Assembly (NCBI GenBank): GCA_964527715.1
Contig: CAZGOD010000005.1
Coordinates: 22,793-86,792, forward strand
DNA from: an uncultured Thermoplasmatales archaeon
Lineage (GTDB): Archaea; Thermoplasmatota; E2; DHVEG-1
Direction of reading: 5' to 3'
Length of the DNA: 64,000 nt
Position 1 is the first letter of the stretch. Each line of letters begins with the position of its first letter. A program made the position numbers and the translations under genes. The notes below the pieces were generated by a model. It had not been told where the DNA came from, did no database searches, and saw nothing but the letters and a program-made list of their open reading frames with translations. Below are positions 60,107-64,000 of this stretch, one piece after another.

Positions 60107-60218
60107 TTTCTATAAAACTCCAAACTCATTAATCAATTACTGTAATATTGTTTTTCTAGATAACTTTTCCCTTATACAACATATTGTTTAAATATAACTT
60201 CCCTATTCCGAGATTAAT

Positions 60219-60602
60219 ATGGCACTATGGCAAGGTAAAAGTAGAAGAAGTGAAACCGGCCGAAGAATCCGCTATTCACGTAGTAAAAGAAAATTTGAAA
60301 TAGGACGAGAACAACACCTTACTACTATTGGCCTTACAACACTTAAAAAAGTACGAACCAAAGGTAAAAACCAAAAAACTCGTGCTAAAACCACTAATAT
60401 TGCTCATGTAGTTGACCCTAAAAACAATAAAACAACTAAAATAGACATATTATCTGTAATAGAAAACAAAGCTAATATCCACTATGTGCGAAGAAACATA
60501 ATTAACAAGGGTGCCATTATTGAAACAAAACTAGGAAAAGCACAGGTTACATCTAGACCAGGACAATCAGGAACTATAAACGCTGTTCTTCTTTCAAAAT
60601 AA
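60219..60602 (+). CDS. rps8e: 30S ribosomal protein eS8
   Basis: WQG.SRR..TG, KRKFE.GR, RRNII.KGAI and TSRPGQ.G..NA motifs. Confidence 0.96.
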   Translation: MALWQGKSRRSETGRRIRYSRSKRKFEIGREQHLTTIGLTTLKKVRTKGKNQKTRAKTTNIAHVVDPKNNKTTKIDILSVIENKANIHYVRRNIINKGAIIETKLGKAQVTSRPGQSGTINAVLLSK

Positions 60603-60625
60603 AAAAAGATTTGTTGTGATATATC

Positions 60626-60901
60626 ATGGTGTCCAGAGGAGAGGACAAATACGTTATATGGCCTATTTATTTTGACAAAACAGTATCAAGACTACAGGGT
60701 AGAAAAGTCTCTAAAAAATATGCTATTGAAAAACCCACCATAGAAAACGTTACAAAAGCTGCTAAATCCCTTGGTCTAAACCCCGTGGTGGAACAAAATA
60801 TTCAATATCCCTCAAGAAATTGGAAAAAAGAAGGAAGAATACTGGTTGATAAGAAAGACTCTAAAAGCAAAATACTAGTAAAAATAGCCAACAAACTATG
60901 A
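60626..60901 (+). CDS. srp19: Signal recognition particle protein SRP19
   Basis: IWP.YFD...SR..GR.V, YP...W...GR and K.K.L..IA motifs. Confidence 0.92.
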   Translation: MVSRGEDKYVIWPIYFDKTVSRLQGRKVSKKYAIEKPTIENVTKAAKSLGLNPVVEQNIQYPSRNWKKEGRILVDKKDSKSKILVKIANKL

Positions 60902-63478
60902 TTATTTTTTACTTGCTTTTTTTAATGTGAAATGAAACTTTGCACCTTTATCTTTACCAGGACTTTCCACCCAGATCCGTCCACCATGTTTCTCAACTAT
61001 ACGTTTACAAATAGGTAAACCCAACCCACATGATTCAAAATTAGACCGCGACTCATCTCCCTTATAAAACTCATCGAAGATATGATTCATTTGTTCCTCT
61101 GATATACCGATACCAACATCACTAACTGTAACAGTCACTGTATCTTCATCTTGCTCTGCATCAATGTTAATTTTGTCCCCCTCAGAGCTATATTTAACCG
61201 CGTTATCAATCAAGTTATCAAACAACTCAAGAATTCTCAGTTTATCCGCTTTTACTATGAGATCATTTTTAACAGCGTTATCAATTTTTACCTTTTTCTT
61301 CTCAAGAATCACTTTGTTATTAACAATAACTCTATTTATCTCATCAGATAAGTTAACATTTTCAATATCAAGCTTAGTACTCGGTGAATTCAACTGAGTA
61401 AGCTCCAAAGTGTCAACGACAAGGTTTTTCATATAATCAACATTCTTCAAAACAGCCTCAAGTAACTCCTGTGACTTAGGATCATTCTGCCTTTCTTTAA
61501 CAATTGGTAAAAGAGTTGTAAGTGGAACCATCGGATTTTTAAGATCATGACCAAGCTGCCCAATAAACTCATCTTTCTGCTTCAGCAGCTTTTCCACTTC
61601 AACAGTCCGTTCTCTCACCTTTTTTTCAAGGTTTTTATTTAAATCTGTAAGTTGCCTCATCGCACTATTCCTCTGAACAGCTACAGCTGCTTGATTCACA
61701 AAAGTCTGAATTGTATCAAGACTCTCTATCACATGATCTTTATAGGCAACTATGGAAACATTACCAAATACCTTCCCATCTTTAACAAGCCCCATAGTAC
61801 AAATCTCATCAGTGTTCATCAAATTTCTAATAGCCTGACAAACCTCTTTAGACTGATGAGAATGAAGTTTTTTAAACTCTTCTTTAGAGACTTTTACTAA
61901 ATCACCATTTAAAATATTCTTCTTCCATTCCTCATCATTAAATTCTAAATTAAAACCAACAAGATCTTCTTCATTTTCAATTTCGCCTATATTCTCAATT
62001 TTTTTATCAAAACCATATGTCCTGTTTATCTCAAATTTATTTGTTTTTTCATTGAACAAGGAAATACAAATAAAAGCGTTACTTGCAAGTTCATGAATTT
62101 TTTCCCCTATATAACCATAGACATCCTCTTCAATTGGAAACTGGTTAAGCTCCATAGCAGTTTTAGATAAGAAATCAGATTTCTCCTCCGCTTTTTTAAA
62201 ATCGGTTATATCACGTGAAATCCCCATAGTACCAATTATTTCACCTTTCTTATTATATCTTGGAATTTTAGTAACAGAAACCCAACGACTATTGCCCTTT
62301 TTATCACTCAGTTTTTCAATCTTATTTATGATAGGTTCACCTGTTAACATAATATCTGTGTCATCCTGATGAATATCTTTTGCTTCGTTTTCTGGTAAAA
62401 AATCAAAATCAGTTTTACCTAGCATCTTATCAGGAGTAATATTAGAATGCTCTGCTTTTGCCTTATTCACCTTGATAAACCTACTATTTTTATCTTTAAA
62501 ATAGACCGAATCAGGGACATTATCAAGAAGTGACTCCAGTAACTCCTGCTCAGCCTCCATCTTATTCTCAATACGTTTCCGCTCACTAATATCTTTTACA
62601 ATACCGATAGATCCAACAACCAATCCATCAACATTTTTCAAAACACTCAAAGAAATGTCAACATCTAAAGGATCAAGTTTCTTACGTAAAACCCGGGTTT
62701 CAAGATGATGCTGCATTCCCTTATCTCGGACCCTCTCAGATCTAATCTTTTTCCATTCCACCGATGAATAAAGAGAACTCACAGGTTTCAAATACAAATC
62801 ATCCTCACCCATATTAAGCAATTTCTCAGCGTATTTATTCCAAGAAACAATCTCCTCATTCTCATTAGTAAGCATAATGCCCACTGCAGAGTTCTCAAAA
62901 ACAGTCTTATACCTGCTTTCAAACTCAGTCAACGTCCTCTCCGTTTTTTTCAAACGAGTAATATCCGTAACAATACCAACAGAACCAACAATCTTACCCT
63001 CACTCCCCCTAAGAACAGATAACGAAACTTCCACATCAAAAGGATCACCCTCTTTCTTATTCATTTTTGTTTCAAGTTTGTATTTCATTCCTTTTTGTCG
63101 GACGTCTTCTTTCCGTATTTTCTTCCATTCCTTAGGGGGGTATAGTATGCTTACATGTTTTAGATATAGGTCTTTATCTGTCATGTTGAAGAGTTCTTCA
63201 GCGTATTTGTTCCAGGATACAATTTGTTCTTTTTCATCTGCGATAGTTATTGCTACAGCATAGTTTTCAAAAATAGTCTGATATCTCTCTTTTATCTCCT
63301 CAAAATCAATATCTGATTCTTCTCTCTCGATTTTTTCTCTAGAAAGATTTAGAGTTTCATCGTCAACTGAGTTATCAGGTTTTTCTTCTGATTCAAGTTT
63401 TGTAACTGTTTTATTATTCAATTCATTAAGCCGTTCTTCTTCCCTAAGCTCTTTTACAATATCAGGAATCATTCTCAT
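60902..63478 (-). CDS. Cytoplasmic PAS(x3)-GAF sensor histidine kinase
   Basis: Three PAS/PAC repeats, GAF-like region, LGHDLKNP H-box, NL.DNAVKY, D.GIG and GLGL.IC..IVE.HGG motifs. Confidence 0.93.
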   Translation of the reverse strand: MRMIPDIVKELREEERLNELNNKTVTKLESEEKPDNSVDDETLNLSREKIEREESDIDFEEIKERYQTIFENYAVAITIADEKEQIVSWNKYAEELFNMTDKDLYLKHVSILYPPKEWKKIRKEDVRQKGMKYKLETKMNKKEGDPFDVEVSLSVLRGSEGKIVGSVGIVTDITRLKKTERTLTEFESRYKTVFENSAVGIMLTNENEEIVSWNKYAEKLLNMGEDDLYLKPVSSLYSSVEWKKIRSERVRDKGMQHHLETRVLRKKLDPLDVDISLSVLKNVDGLVVGSIGIVKDISERKRIENKMEAEQELLESLLDNVPDSVYFKDKNSRFIKVNKAKAEHSNITPDKMLGKTDFDFLPENEAKDIHQDDTDIMLTGEPIINKIEKLSDKKGNSRWVSVTKIPRYNKKGEIIGTMGISRDITDFKKAEEKSDFLSKTAMELNQFPIEEDVYGYIGEKIHELASNAFICISLFNEKTNKFEINRTYGFDKKIENIGEIENEEDLVGFNLEFNDEEWKKNILNGDLVKVSKEEFKKLHSHQSKEVCQAIRNLMNTDEICTMGLVKDGKVFGNVSIVAYKDHVIESLDTIQTFVNQAAVAVQRNSAMRQLTDLNKNLEKKVRERTVEVEKLLKQKDEFIGQLGHDLKNPMVPLTTLLPIVKERQNDPKSQELLEAVLKNVDYMKNLVVDTLELTQLNSPSTKLDIENVNLSDEINRVIVNNKVILEKKKVKIDNAVKNDLIVKADKLRILELFDNLIDNAVKYSSEGDKINIDAEQDEDTVTVTVSDVGIGISEEQMNHIFDEFYKGDESRSNFESCGLGLPICKRIVEKHGGRIWVESPGKDKGAKFHFTLKKASKK

Positions 63479-63703
63479 GAGGCATCCTTCATCCCATACT
63501 ACTATGTGAACGTTATCTGTAGTAATAAATTGTTTATATAAAACTGTTATGTTATAGTGAGTATTTTATTGTCGTTTTATAGAGCCATTTGTCCTTCCCC
63601 GATAAGAATAACAAAATGTTATTATATTGACATTAGACTTTTGTTTTTGTTAATCATTTTACAATACTTTAAAATATTATCCATGTGATATTATAATAAT
63701 ACT

Positions 63704-64000
63704 ATGAGAACCCGAGTAATCCATATTATAAAAAAATTTTTAACCTTAACCATATTGCTCTCTATCATAACGAGTGGCCTTTCATCAGCATCAATTAAAA
63801 AAGATCAAGTAAAAACCCCGGCATCATCTAAATACCTTGGCTGTTTAGATATAAAACTTACAGAAGGAACAGGATTTTTTGATGTTGCCCAGGATGAAAA
63901 TGGTGTATGGTGGTTTGTAACTCCTGAAGGAAACATTTTTTATTCAATGGGGCTAAATTGTGTCTTAGCTGACCAAAGACCCGAGTACACTAAATCTATT
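63704..64000 (+). CDS. Second GH50/agarase-like secreted hydrolase (partial, runs off the window)
   Basis: MRTRVIHIIKKFL...SASIKKDQV...KYLGCLDIKLTEGTGFFDVAQDENGVWWFVTPEG, closely matching the N-terminus of 17600-19027. Confidence 0.8.
   Translation, partial: MRTRVIHIIKKFLTLTILLSIITSGLSSASIKKDQVKTPASSKYLGCLDIKLTEGTGFFDVAQDENGVWWFVTPEGNIFYSMGLNCVLADQRPEYTKSI

Overview
AT-rich archaeal chromosome segment, most likely from a Thermoplasmatota sediment lineage (DHVEG-1/MBG-D/'SG8-52'-like). This is inferred from archaeal information genes, a heliorhodopsin closely resembling TaHeR, and many secreted PKD/PQQ/NosD/C25/S8 proteins. Housekeeping genes include leuS, pus10-rpl21e-rpoF-DUF655-rsmA, nop5, pyrD-pyrK, nadM, lonB, the complete A1Ao ATP synthase operon (atpHIKECFABD), infB, rps8e and srp19. 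They are interspersed with transporters, stand-alone two-component proteins and secreted hydrolases. No tRNA, rRNA, CRISPR array, transposase or integrase was seen. Reading outside the ORF track gave the main observations: (1) the heliorhodopsin is directly followed by an internally deleted pyrimidine-dimer glycosylase (DenV-like) remnant and a MATE pump; (2) several unannotated small proteins, including one coupled to the end of the ATP synthase operon and a MetS-type NSS subunit; (3) probable CTG/ATT start codons in pyrD, atpI and the NSS gene; (4) two related GGGGGTC...GACCCC hairpins carrying SD/anti-SD sequence; (5) a TATA + 16 nt + TAACATGTTA promoter architecture shared by both receiver genes; (6) a dispersed intergenic GTGTGGGGTTTTATAAAAAC element; (7) kb-scale flips of G/T versus A/C synonymous skew, even inside single genes.
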